DNA of 64,000 bases, from assembly GCA_046724555.1 (NCBI GenBank), contig JBKOWU010000017.1, positions 229 to 64,228 on the forward strand, given 5' to 3'. The stretch is from Thermoproteota archaeon (GTDB lineage: Archaea > Thermoproteota > Nitrososphaeria > Nitrososphaerales > Nitrososphaeraceae). Each line of letters begins with the position of its first letter. The stretch's first letter is position 1. Made by a program: the position numbers and the translations under genes. Below, piece by piece: positions 28,829 to 38,242 of the stretch. The notes beneath the pieces were generated by a model. The model saw nothing but the letters and a program-made list of their open reading frames with translations, did no database searches and had not been told where the DNA came from.

Positions 28829-29956
28829 TTATTCTTCTTCTTTTTCTTCTTCACGAACCACCTGAGGAGAAGAGGCCTTAAACATAGCAAACACTTCGTC
28901 GCCTTGACGTATTTGTAAGTCAGCTCTGGCTTCTTCTGTAATTCTTGATGTCAGATGAAAGCTATCAGCAACCATAAATACATCTACTATGGCCGCATCG
29001 TATTTAGTAATCTTCACAACTTTTGATCTTAGAACGTTTCTCGCGCTAGTCTTGACCATCTGCTTTGAAAGGATTATATCTTCTGGCCTAATAAGTATCC
29101 CAACCTTAGAGCCAATATTGTAATTGCCTAGTGTTTCTAATAGAGTCGATCCCGCTTTGAAAGTAGTGATTCCGCCTAGTGATTTTATAACACCTCCTTC
29201 TAGATAGTTGTTGCCTTGTATACTAGTTAGAATGTTAGACAATAGCCTCGAGGTTGAATCCTTGTCGTTGGAGTCATATTGTCGCATCATCATCAAAGAT
29301 CCGAGTTTAGACGAATATTCCATGATGCCGCTTTGTAAGACACAAACTGAGTCAGCAAGCGCATACACGTCATCTTCAAAGTGAGTCACACAAATAGTTG
29401 GTGCAGATTGTCTTCTGAGAATGTGTCTCATCTCTATGCGTAGTTTTCTTTTGGTAGCTGTATCTAGATGGGCAAGGGGTTCGTCCATCAATATGATTTT
29501 AGGCTTTGTTATAAGCATTCTAGCTAATGAAACCTTCTGCATCTCGCCCCCACTCAGTCCATGGATACGTCTATGAGTTAGATGTGAGATTCCAAGATCT
29601 TCTAGCAGATTATTGATCTCAACATCATTATTGTTCCTATGTTTCAATTTCTTTTTAGTTCCGAAAATTACATTCTCATATACGTTCATGTGAGGAAATA
29701 GACTAGGATTTTGGAAAGTATAACCAATATTTCGACGTTCTACAGGTACAGAGGTCATATCTTTTCCATCAACCAGTATCGAACCACCATCGGGTTTCAA
29801 CAATCCCGAGATGAGGTTGAGAAGTGTAGTTTTGCCACTCCCTGTGGGGCCAATGATAACTAATATCTGATCATCATTTACTTTCAAATTCAAAGGTCCT
29901 AACCTAAATCCTCCCACGAATTTTTTAGTCAGGTTGACAAGTTCCAATTCTACCAC
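28829..29956 (-). CDS. ABC transporter ATPase with C-terminal TOBE/MOP-like domain (molybdate/tungstate/sulfate type)
   Basis: Has Walker A GPTGSGKTT, signature LSGGEMQKVSLAR and Walker B ILMDEPLAHLD, plus a ~130-aa C-terminal regulatory domain and an acidic tail. Confidence 0.85.
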   Translation of the reverse strand: MVELELVNLTKKFVGGFRLGPLNLKVNDDQILVIIGPTGSGKTTLLNLISGLLKPDGGSILVDGKDMTSVPVERRNIGYTFQNPSLFPHMNVYENVIFGTKKKLKHRNNNDVEINNLLEDLGISHLTHRRIHGLSGGEMQKVSLARMLITKPKIILMDEPLAHLDTATKRKLRIEMRHILRRQSAPTICVTHFEDDVYALADSVCVLQSGIMEYSSKLGSLMMMRQYDSNDKDSTSRLLSNILTSIQGNNYLEGGVIKSLGGITTFKAGSTLLETLGNYNIGSKVGILIRPEDIILSKQMVKTSARNVLRSKVVKITKYDAAIVDVFMVADSFHLTSRITEEARADLQIRQGDEVFAMFKASSPQVVREEEKEEE

Positions 29957-29966
29957 TTTGATGAAT

Positions 29967-30773
29967 TCACCACCGAAGCCTCAATAGATCTTGTCTCTGC
30001 CTTCTTCTCGTAATATAAAATACAAATACAGCTATAAGCGATAAGACAATAGCCAATATTATGTCAGGAACTGCATTTCTTAGCCCACCAATCGCATTGT
30101 CTTCAAAGATTTGAATAGATATGGTATGAGGATTATACGCCATCATCATTGTGGCTCCAAGCTCGCCTATCGCCCTGACCCATGACAATATCAATCCTAC
30201 AACAATACCTGTCTTAGCCAGGGGGACTGAAACCCTAAAGAAGGTTTCAATCCTTGTTTTACCTAATACCCGAGCTATATTTTCGTAAGACTCATCCACC
30301 GACTCAAATGCTGCCTGACTTGCAAGTATAATAAATGGGGATGCGACATAAGTTTGTGCTATTATAATGCCAAGTACAGATTGCGTGAATTCAACTGCAG
30401 GAAAAGCTTTCACTATAGGTGAATACGGTCCAAACACCCCTAAGAGAAGAGCCCCACTTGCAAGCGGAGGCAGGACTAATGGTACAATGACAATTATCCT
30501 TAAGATAAATTTGCCTGGGAAATTTTTGAATCGGGCTAAGAAGTATGACAAAGGTATTCCAAATATACAGAGCAGAAATGTAGAAGCTGTTGCAGAGAAC
30601 ACACTGAGGATAAAGGCATTGGTGAGCTGAGGTCGTAATATCGCATGTAGTAACATTGTAGGCTCTACAAATACCATCAGAGTCACAAGTGGATAAGCAA
30701 CATAAGCCAACGCTATCCCAGACAAAACAATTATAATTATATTAAATCCCTGAAGCCTCACTCTCATTATCAT
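29967..30773 (-). CDS. ABC transporter permease (ModB/WtpB/CysT-like)
   Basis: Six hydrophobic segments and the EAA-type loop ESYENIARVLGKTRIETFFRVSVPLAK. It lies 10 bp upstream of the ATPase gene. Confidence 0.85.
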   Translation of the reverse strand: MIMRVRLQGFNIIIIVLSGIALAYVAYPLVTLMVFVEPTMLLHAILRPQLTNAFILSVFSATASTFLLCIFGIPLSYFLARFKNFPGKFILRIIVIVPLVLPPLASGALLLGVFGPYSPIVKAFPAVEFTQSVLGIIIAQTYVASPFIILASQAAFESVDESYENIARVLGKTRIETFFRVSVPLAKTGIVVGLILSWVRAIGELGATMMMAYNPHTISIQIFEDNAIGGLRNAVPDIILAIVLSLIAVFVFYITRRRQRQDLLRLRW

Positions 30774-31195
30774 GGAATTGTCACTAATTAGGTTTGTATT
30801 AGCAAATTATGCTAGATTATCTCCTTTCGTTATTTTCCTAAGGTGAGGCATGGGTTTCTTACTGTGCATTTATAATTACTATATATATAGAAATGTTAAT
30901 TCACATGTGTTGTGATTGTTATTCACTACGACAAACGCAAGCATTCTAATATTTATGATAAAAAATAACAAAAATGAAAATGCCTTTACGTAATTTTAGC
31001 TTTTGAAATCTACGGAATCAATCATTCCATTGTTCATTATTTTGTGAATGTTATAAAATCAATTAGTGCTTGACAATTCTGAAGCTAACATATCATTAAG
31101 ACCTTATGATACCCTTCTCTCTTTATCTAAAGCTCATACATACACAACATATGTGATTGCGCAAAAAAATATTGTGTACGTAGCAGTAATCGATG

Positions 31196-32380
31196 CTACG
31201 TTTGTGATTTTTCCTGTAGGTGGTCTTGAAAAGGAAATGCCTTTAGTTCTTCTGGAACTAGTGGCAAAGAATGACGTGACTTTGGTAGTATCAGCATAAG
31301 TAGAGCAATAATTGTAGGTGCAAATTGCTTTACTAAGTTATTGAAGAGATTCTTTTCGGCTTCTTGGACTAGCATCTCAAGACCGTCGTTTAGTAATAAA
31401 GGCTCTTGCTGTAGTTTTTGTCCTTCTCCGTCTGCTTTTTGCTTTGTTAATGCGGGAGCTGTTTCATGCATATGAGAAGAGGAAGAGCTACCCACCACAG
31501 AACGATAAGCACTTGTATGGTTGTAATGCTCATCTAATAGTTGCTCTGAATTTTTCTCTCTAGCCAACCCGATCGAAAATCCATACTTAGCCGGATCGTT
31601 TGCTATTAATTTAATTAAGGACTGTACAGCTAGTCTTAAGAATGGTTTGTGTTCTGATAAGACACTATGCACTTTTTCTTCTGCAAACTTAGTAATATGC
31701 AAATACCCCTCATTGTTATTCTCAAAATATGTGACAAAGCCCTGCAATTTCATTCTTTTTTGATACAACTCTTTTATTTCCTCCTGCACTTTTTCCCTTT
31801 CTGCTTCAAGAGACCTAAGCGTGGTGTTCATAGACGAAATTCCATCACTCAAGCTCTGGAACGTAAATGTTGAATTCCTTATATCTCCTTGGAGCTCTGT
31901 GACTCTATTATTGGCTAATTGAAATCTACGTTCTACAGAAGGAAGGTCATCATTCGCTATTCTAACAAGCCTTTCTACATGCGGTGGCGTTATACCGGAA
32001 GCTTTCATCATCTTGTACAATTTGACGAAATATTCAATATCATCTTTAACCTCTTCATATACGCTGTGGAGTTTGTCAAGCTGTACTAATTTTAGGTATT
32101 CTGAATAAAGATCAAGTACCTCTGGCTGCCTTAGCTCCAGCTCGATCGCTACTTCTATAGGCGAGTTACCTTTTAAAAATAGACTGTAGGCTTGAGATGC
32201 TATGTGGGCCTGTTGTTTTTGATGCTCAGTTGCTTCATGACTTTGCTGCTCTCTTTGGACTATAGTCCCAATATCTCTGAAGGACATGTGTTCTTGCTTA
32301 GCTATATCACGAATAGAATAGCCTTCATTATGCAGGTTCAAAATTCGTTTTTCCTTTTGCTTTCTTGATGTTTCAAACAT
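31196..32380 (-). CDS. HTH + long coiled-coil protein, function unknown
   Basis: A 394-aa ORF with an N-terminal HTH-like ILNLHNEGYSIRDIAKQEHMSFRDIG. The central region is heptad-rich and the C-terminus has a hydrophobic segment. Confidence 0.55.
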   Translation of the reverse strand: MFETSRKQKEKRILNLHNEGYSIRDIAKQEHMSFRDIGTIVQREQQSHEATEHQKQQAHIASQAYSLFLKGNSPIEVAIELELRQPEVLDLYSEYLKLVQLDKLHSVYEEVKDDIEYFVKLYKMMKASGITPPHVERLVRIANDDLPSVERRFQLANNRVTELQGDIRNSTFTFQSLSDGISSMNTTLRSLEAEREKVQEEIKELYQKRMKLQGFVTYFENNNEGYLHITKFAEEKVHSVLSEHKPFLRLAVQSLIKLIANDPAKYGFSIGLAREKNSEQLLDEHYNHTSAYRSVVGSSSSSHMHETAPALTKQKADGEGQKLQQEPLLLNDGLEMLVQEAEKNLFNNLVKQFAPTIIALLMLILPKSRHSLPLVPEELKAFPFQDHLQEKSQT

Positions 32381-33282
32381 ATTGATCTAGTTTAATAAAA
32401 TAGAGTATAAAACAAAAATACGCCGATACCAGCTGCTGCTTCCTTGCAACCATCTGTTTTCTGCTAGATACCATTGTTTTCAGCTGCTACCAAACTAGGG
32501 TCTTATGGAAGACCAGTTAATGGGATAAATATTGCTTTGAATTTTACTTCCTAAAAATGTATTTCAGTCATATATGTTCTAGTATATATTTAAGTAGGAA
32601 TTCAAGACTATACATACGTATTATACCTTGGATCCGATAGACAGTGATACAAGAAGGAACAAATAGGTTCACCATACAATTTCAGATGGAATCTATCATC
32701 ACATGCTGCCAAGGCATCTTGGCCATAATGTCTGGGTTTTATCCTTAAAATGTGACCACAGCACTTCCACCCTATAATGAAAGCAAATGGCTATTATTTT
32801 GAGTTTAGCAAGCATGCAATGGTAGCAGAAGAAGAACAAGCAGAAGGAGAAGATGAAGACGCGCAATCTAAAGAACAGTAAAGCTATTTCACATGCTCTG
32901 TTTTTTAAATGCTTATTGGCAATGCTTCCTACCTTGACCCCGACTTGAATACTTGAATATTCATGTCATCATCATTCTCTACTACTCCTAAAGAGCAATG
33001 GTGCTTTCCTTGCAACTCTATAAAGATAAGTTGTCCAGAGCATTGTAATATGTGATAGGATAAAAGCTATAGTTATGAAAACAAATAAACCATTATCATG
33101 ATCTTTTGATCTTCATTGCTGCTGTTCTTTTAACTTAACATTTAACTTCACACGATAAGACTATGAAGAGAAAAGCTTTTTTCATCTCAGCTTGCATTAG
33201 GTGATCGACAACTTTTGTGGTAGCATAAGTCATACTACTAGAATCCAATATATACAATAAATTCTAATCCATAGCAACCCAG

Positions 33283-33639
33283 ATGATACTATTCGAACTG
33301 GCAATAACAATATTTGCTAAAGTCTTTGGTATCGTGTATAGATGGTTACATGACTATCTTGTTATATACGTTATCAATTTTGCAAAAGGGTTTGAGATGG
33401 CAATTATTGTCATAGCTGTAATATCTTTTTTATTGTTTAATCTGTTCTTAACAATAAAATATTTAAAGAAACTGCCAAAATATTACATTATAGAAATTGT
33501 AGATGTATATGGTAATAAAACTGCAGTTGAAGGATTAAGACTCCTTTTTGCAAATCAAGATGTTGCAAATAGTTACGCTTTATTTTACCAAAATATATAC
33601 AAGGATCAATATAAGTTCACAGTAATTGGTATTAAGTAA
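33283..33639 (+). CDS. small membrane protein (putative)
   Basis: A 118-aa ORF with two hydrophobic helices. No family recognised. Confidence 0.35.
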   Translation: MILFELAITIFAKVFGIVYRWLHDYLVIYVINFAKGFEMAIIVIAVISFLLFNLFLTIKYLKKLPKYYIIEIVDVYGNKTAVEGLRLLFANQDVANSYALFYQNIYKDQYKFTVIGIK

Positions 33640-33762
33640 AAGGCTGTTAATGTATATTCACGATCTAATTCGCATACCTGCGTACAGTAATAGCTCAGCC
33701 GCGGAATATCAAATTAAGGGAAATAAAAGAATTTATGCTGAATCCCTCAGCAACTATTTTCA

Positions 33763-34713
33763 TTATTCGTTGGTAATCTCAAATGAATCAATTATAGTCT
33801 GGGCTGTATGTAAATAATTAGGAAATATTTCTGGCTGTGCGATGTAGGATATGAAATACGCTTTACCTTCCACTATGGTAACTAGACTCATTGATTTGTA
33901 TTGTACATCGTCGCTGTCACCTAGTCCAGTTTCATTATTTCGAATTTGGACAATTTTGACTGCAGGGTGTCCAGAGAGAAAAAAATTGCTTGCATCAAGT
34001 TCAATGAACCTTGATCTGCTATCATTCTGCGATGATGACAACACGCTTTTGGCCAGTTCAGGAGGAGTCATCCTTGATTCAATTGGGCTAACATTTCTGG
34101 CAGAAACTATAATTCTTCCAGCCTTATCTGGCGACTCAATTACCGCGCCACTATGCGTTATGTTTCCTTCGTTTATTGACCAATCTGAAGGATACCAGAT
34201 CTTAAAATCCTTATCAGGATTAGTGTAGAGAACGAAATGTTGGGAGTAAGATATTTCAGTTAGCGACACCGGTGCAGTTTTGCCTAGTTTATTTTCTTGG
34301 CTTACTATATTAGTTACCTGAGGCACTGATAGGTAGACATGTTTGCCTGCAGCTGGGGATACATCGTAGATAGACGCAGTGCAGTGTAATGTAAAGGATT
34401 GAATGCAAGTAGTGAATTTTTGTTGGTCTCTTAACGATTGTGTTTTAAATATAAAAGGTACCGTATCAGGACTGCTTATGGCCCTGCAACCAAGATTTTC
34501 CCTGTTAGAGAATACACATACCGTGGTAATTCCAGTGGGTTCAGTCACATGAACAAATACCTGCAATCCTGAAGATGACCCTCGTGCTTCACCAATTAAA
34601 AAGATTTGACTTAACGCTATCATTAAGATAGTAATTAACAAAATGAGTACTCTTGCCTTTTTGATTAAAAAGCAGACTCTTGGAATGTATTTGCTATAGT
34701 ATTGTTTTTCCAT
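33763..34713 (-). CDS. secreted PsbP/Mog1-fold-like domain protein
   Basis: Has a signal anchor (VLILLITILMIALSQIFLI). The C-terminal domain (FKIWYPSDWSI...KAYFISYIAQPEIFPNYLHTAQTIIDSFEI) is collinear with 36699..37343. Confidence 0.55.
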   Translation of the reverse strand: MEKQYYSKYIPRVCFLIKKARVLILLITILMIALSQIFLIGEARGSSSGLQVFVHVTEPTGITTVCVFSNRENLGCRAISSPDTVPFIFKTQSLRDQQKFTTCIQSFTLHCTASIYDVSPAAGKHVYLSVPQVTNIVSQENKLGKTAPVSLTEISYSQHFVLYTNPDKDFKIWYPSDWSINEGNITHSGAVIESPDKAGRIIVSARNVSPIESRMTPPELAKSVLSSSQNDSRSRFIELDASNFFLSGHPAVKIVQIRNNETGLGDSDDVQYKSMSLVTIVEGKAYFISYIAQPEIFPNYLHTAQTIIDSFEITNE

Positions 34714-34822
34714 TACACTATTTCTTATTCGATCGTTCTGTATGCGACTTATTTATCAATTTCATTAACTACCTGAATTTCTGAAATTCCTTATATTCTT
34801 ATATCGATTTGAATAGTATGGT

Positions 34823-36028
34823 GTGGTAAGCGCAGACGAAATTAAGAAGAATATAGAACAAAACTGGATTCAATTTCTGAATGCAAACTCTGCTAAATTA
34901 TCTCTAAACACACTTCTCGGCGCTACACCGCCCTCTGTTTTTGTAGGAAGATTTGGTTATCCCAAAGTAAAGGTAGGGCCGATGTTATCACTACTACATG
35001 GTAATACCAAGATATTAGACACACCAGAAATGTGGATTGGAAAGACGTTGGGAGACATACTTAACTATCGTCTGTCTCTGATAAGAGGAGTAGTGCCAGG
35101 TGTAGATGTTAGCAAGGCATCAGGAAAATACATTGAATCTTTGCAGGAGTTATCTATGTCTAAAAAATCAGCGAACGCAGAAGCAGTATTTGAGAAAGTG
35201 CCAGTTGCGGACTGTGAACCAGGAAAAAACTATGTGGCTGACTTTAACGCCCCTTTTGGCCTAGTTGCACCTCTGAAGAGTTTCAAAACTTCCTCATCAC
35301 TTTCAGCAGATCACAGTATAGAGAATGCTTATTATGATAAGGATTTGCCAGCAACTCAAGCGATGGTTAGTCTCTACCAGCGAGGGATTGAAGTGAGCCG
35401 AATTCAGCGAGTTCTCAGCATGGGAATGCTGGGATTACAAAAAAATAGAAGGTTAGTACCCACGAGATGGAGTGTATCTGCGACAGATGATGCTATTTCC
35501 TCTGATTTAGTAAGTCAAATAGAGTTATATCCGACAACCAATTTCTTTGAGGTTTACAAATACTCGCATATAGGCAACTATTACTCTATTATATTGATTC
35601 CAGATGATGTATGGAACTTTGAAATGCATGAAGCTTGGTTCGATAACAATGGAAATCTGGGGATGGCAGCCGATTTTGAAAATGCTAAAGGCCTTGATCA
35701 TTATCCTTCTATAGCAGGGGCTTATTTTGCTGCTAGATTGGGCGTTGCAGAATATCTCTTTAATAGACGAAGAAAAGCGACGGCATTAGTTTTAAGAGAG
35801 ATTCGTCCAGAATATATTATACCGGTTGGTGTATGGCAGATAAGAGAAGGAGTTAGAGAAGCATTCAAGGGACAACGAGGCGAATTCGATAGTTTTGAAA
35901 AGGCGTTGGATTTTGCATGCATTGATTCATCTGTATCTGGTACGGAATGGATAAGAAACAGTGTGATCTATAAGAACATGACACAACAAAGGAGAATTAC
36001 GGAGTTCAGTGAGAGAGATTTGTTATAA
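34823..36028 (+). CDS. Nre-family (DUF650/DUF651) archaeal DNA-repair-associated protein
   Basis: PPSVFVGRFGYPKVKVGPM near the N-terminus and RLVPTRWSVSATDD in the middle are the motifs I associate with archaeal NreA/NreB. The start is GTG. Confidence 0.55.
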   Translation: MVSADEIKKNIEQNWIQFLNANSAKLSLNTLLGATPPSVFVGRFGYPKVKVGPMLSLLHGNTKILDTPEMWIGKTLGDILNYRLSLIRGVVPGVDVSKASGKYIESLQELSMSKKSANAEAVFEKVPVADCEPGKNYVADFNAPFGLVAPLKSFKTSSSLSADHSIENAYYDKDLPATQAMVSLYQRGIEVSRIQRVLSMGMLGLQKNRRLVPTRWSVSATDDAISSDLVSQIELYPTTNFFEVYKYSHIGNYYSIILIPDDVWNFEMHEAWFDNNGNLGMAADFENAKGLDHYPSIAGAYFAARLGVAEYLFNRRRKATALVLREIRPEYIIPVGVWQIREGVREAFKGQRGEFDSFEKALDFACIDSSVSGTEWIRNSVIYKNMTQQRRITEFSERDLL

Positions 36029-36052
36029 CCACAGTCAAAACGTTAGCCATTT

Positions 36053-36604
36053 TCATTGAGCGTTGCTTTGCATTTTATTTGAGATCGCTACCTGTATCTT
36101 GTCAGCTATTTCATTTGTAATTCTTTTTATGATTTCTGGTTCTTTAGTATTCGTTTCTTTGGATATCAGGTCGTACTCCCATTTGTTTTCTGCTCTTGTT
36201 ACAGATAGGGTTGATTCGTCTACCTTGTATGTTTTCCTTATGGCAATATGTGAAAAATTCTTTCCCTTCCTAATCGCACCATGAAAATGCAATTTGTTAC
36301 GAGGGATGCAAACAGTGTCTCCAACGTTTTCTAGAAATAATATATCATTATCTTCAATTTTAAATTCTTTTATACTATTTCCATTTATTAGGCCGACAAC
36401 ACCTCTGCCATCTGTTACTATGAGTATCTGATCAGATTCATGCGAATGCAGAGTAGTTCGAGCACCATTTTGAAATGTTACATGATACATCTCTTGCTCA
36501 GGTGAATGTTGTTCAGAGAGGACTTCTCTTATTGTAACGGTCCCAGTAAAATAAGCGTCATTAACTTTTTTCTCTTTGGCAGTATGAATGTTTTCCTTTT
36601 CCAT
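36053..36604 (-). CDS. cupin domain protein
   Basis: TLHSHESDQILIVTDGRG ... DTVCIPRNKLHFHGA are the cupin_2 motifs. Confidence 0.75.
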   Translation of the reverse strand: MEKENIHTAKEKKVNDAYFTGTVTIREVLSEQHSPEQEMYHVTFQNGARTTLHSHESDQILIVTDGRGVVGLINGNSIKEFKIEDNDILFLENVGDTVCIPRNKLHFHGAIRKGKNFSHIAIRKTYKVDESTLSVTRAENKWEYDLISKETNTKEPEIIKRITNEIADKIQVAISNKMQSNAQ

Positions 36605-36698
36605 AATGTATTATTACCTTCTATGTAATTAAATAATTATCATCATCATACTTTTGTCAATGTATTCTTTCGTTACTATTGTAATGTCCAATGCCTAA

Positions 36699-37343
36699 TT
36701 ATTTTGCCATAATCTTAAATGAATCAATCATCTTTTGTACAGTTGGCAAGTATGTTGTATAGAGAGGCTTCAGCTCTGTATAGGAAATAGAATAGGCTTT
36801 CTTGTCCTTTACTGTCCATATATTCATAGACTGAAAGTGCGCTTGCACGGCAGGATCTTGGCTGAGGAAGGTGTAGACCATCTTATACGCAGAATCACCT
36901 GCTATGCTCGAGTTAGGATTAGATTCAATAATTTGAAAGTCGGGCAAAGACCGTTTCACACTGTCAAGGAGGCCAGTTACATACTGGCTAGCGGCATCAG
37001 CAGATATATTTTGATTTAGACCCTCAACGGACATGCTAACTGTTGCAGGAAATGCGCTAGCGTTATTGTTATTGAAGGGAGATATGAAATTAACCCAAAA
37101 TCTGTTTGCACTAAGCTGTTCAGTTTTTTGCCAACTTGCAGGATATAGGATTTTTATTCCATGTGCAGGATTTTCGTATGTAATGAAATTGTTATTGTTG
37201 TTGTTATTATTAACAATTACACCATTTTTTTGGTGAGCATGGCCCTGGGCTAATGCTAATTGTACGGGGATTTGAAGAAATAGTGAAAATAGTGAAAGAA
37301 CGACTAGTGTAGTAATTATCTTCAAATCATATTTGTTGTTCAT
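36699..37343 (-). CDS. secreted PsbP/Mog1-fold-like domain protein with poly-Asn tract
   Basis: A signal peptide is followed by N9, then GIKILYPASWQK...KAYSISYTELKPLYTTYLPTVQKMIDSFKI. It is a paralogue of 33763..34713. Confidence 0.55.
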   Translation of the reverse strand: MNNKYDLKIITTLVVLSLFSLFLQIPVQLALAQGHAHQKNGVIVNNNNNNNNFITYENPAHGIKILYPASWQKTEQLSANRFWVNFISPFNNNNASAFPATVSMSVEGLNQNISADAASQYVTGLLDSVKRSLPDFQIIESNPNSSIAGDSAYKMVYTFLSQDPAVQAHFQSMNIWTVKDKKAYSISYTELKPLYTTYLPTVQKMIDSFKIMAK

Positions 37344-37827
37344 CTTGATGTCACCTTTAGCAATCTCCTATTTATTGATGCTTTATTCTAAATTTTACTC
37401 AATATCAACCTTGCCCATTCAAATATAGTCTTATCATCATTTGCTGTTTATTAGTATTAATAGAGTCAAGGCAAATATGATCAATGAGACCGCTAAATTG
37501 AATTATGCACAAAACGAGTGACGCCTGAATCTTAGCTCAATTTTTTGGCATTTATGATAAAAGCTCTGACAAAGTGACACTCAATATACCATTTAATATC
37601 CCATTACGGTATCTTCCTAGCAGTTTCGCCTAACTTTTCGATTTATGATTGCTCAATTCAACCGTATGCTGTACAATACAACATACCACAACAATTTAGG
37701 GCGAAAGGTTTGGAAAACTGCAAACGCATAGTCTAGTCTTTTATTTACTTATTTATCATTGATAAAATAAAAATATAAATAAATAAAAAATTCTTCAATT
37801 AACGACAAAAACCAACATTTTAAAAAA

Positions 37828-38127
37828 TTAAATTGGATTCATTTTATCAATAAGTCTAGCATTGACAATTTGTCCATCTCTGTCGTGTACTAACAAGTCT
37901 ACAGTATACTGGACGTTATTTTGTAGAAATGTGACTTGAACATCCCAAGCGTCTCTCTTGTCTTCGTTAGGCAATCCGCCCTGGGCTACAATTTGTCCTG
38001 TAGAATATGGCAGCATTTCCCTTATTTTAAAATCCTTTATTTCCTTTCCGTCCTTTCCATATAGTACCTCGATTGCCTTCCTAGCAAATTCTTCAACGTT
38101 ATTGCTTGTCGTATTTGATGTTGACAT
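37828..38127 (-). CDS. hypothetical small protein
   Basis: A 99-aa ORF, compositionally protein-like. No family recognised. Confidence 0.45.
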   Translation of the reverse strand: MSTSNTTSNNVEEFARKAIEVLYGKDGKEIKDFKIREMLPYSTGQIVAQGGLPNEDKRDAWDVQVTFLQNNVQYTVDLLVHDRDGQIVNARLIDKMNPI

Positions 38128-38242
38128 AATACGTCGCGTCTTATTCTGTGCTTAAGTATAAAAATATTTGTTATTGTTGTCAAAATTCGAGAGGCCGGTT
38201 GAAATATTAGTACGGTGCTCAGTCTAATAATACCAAAAAATC

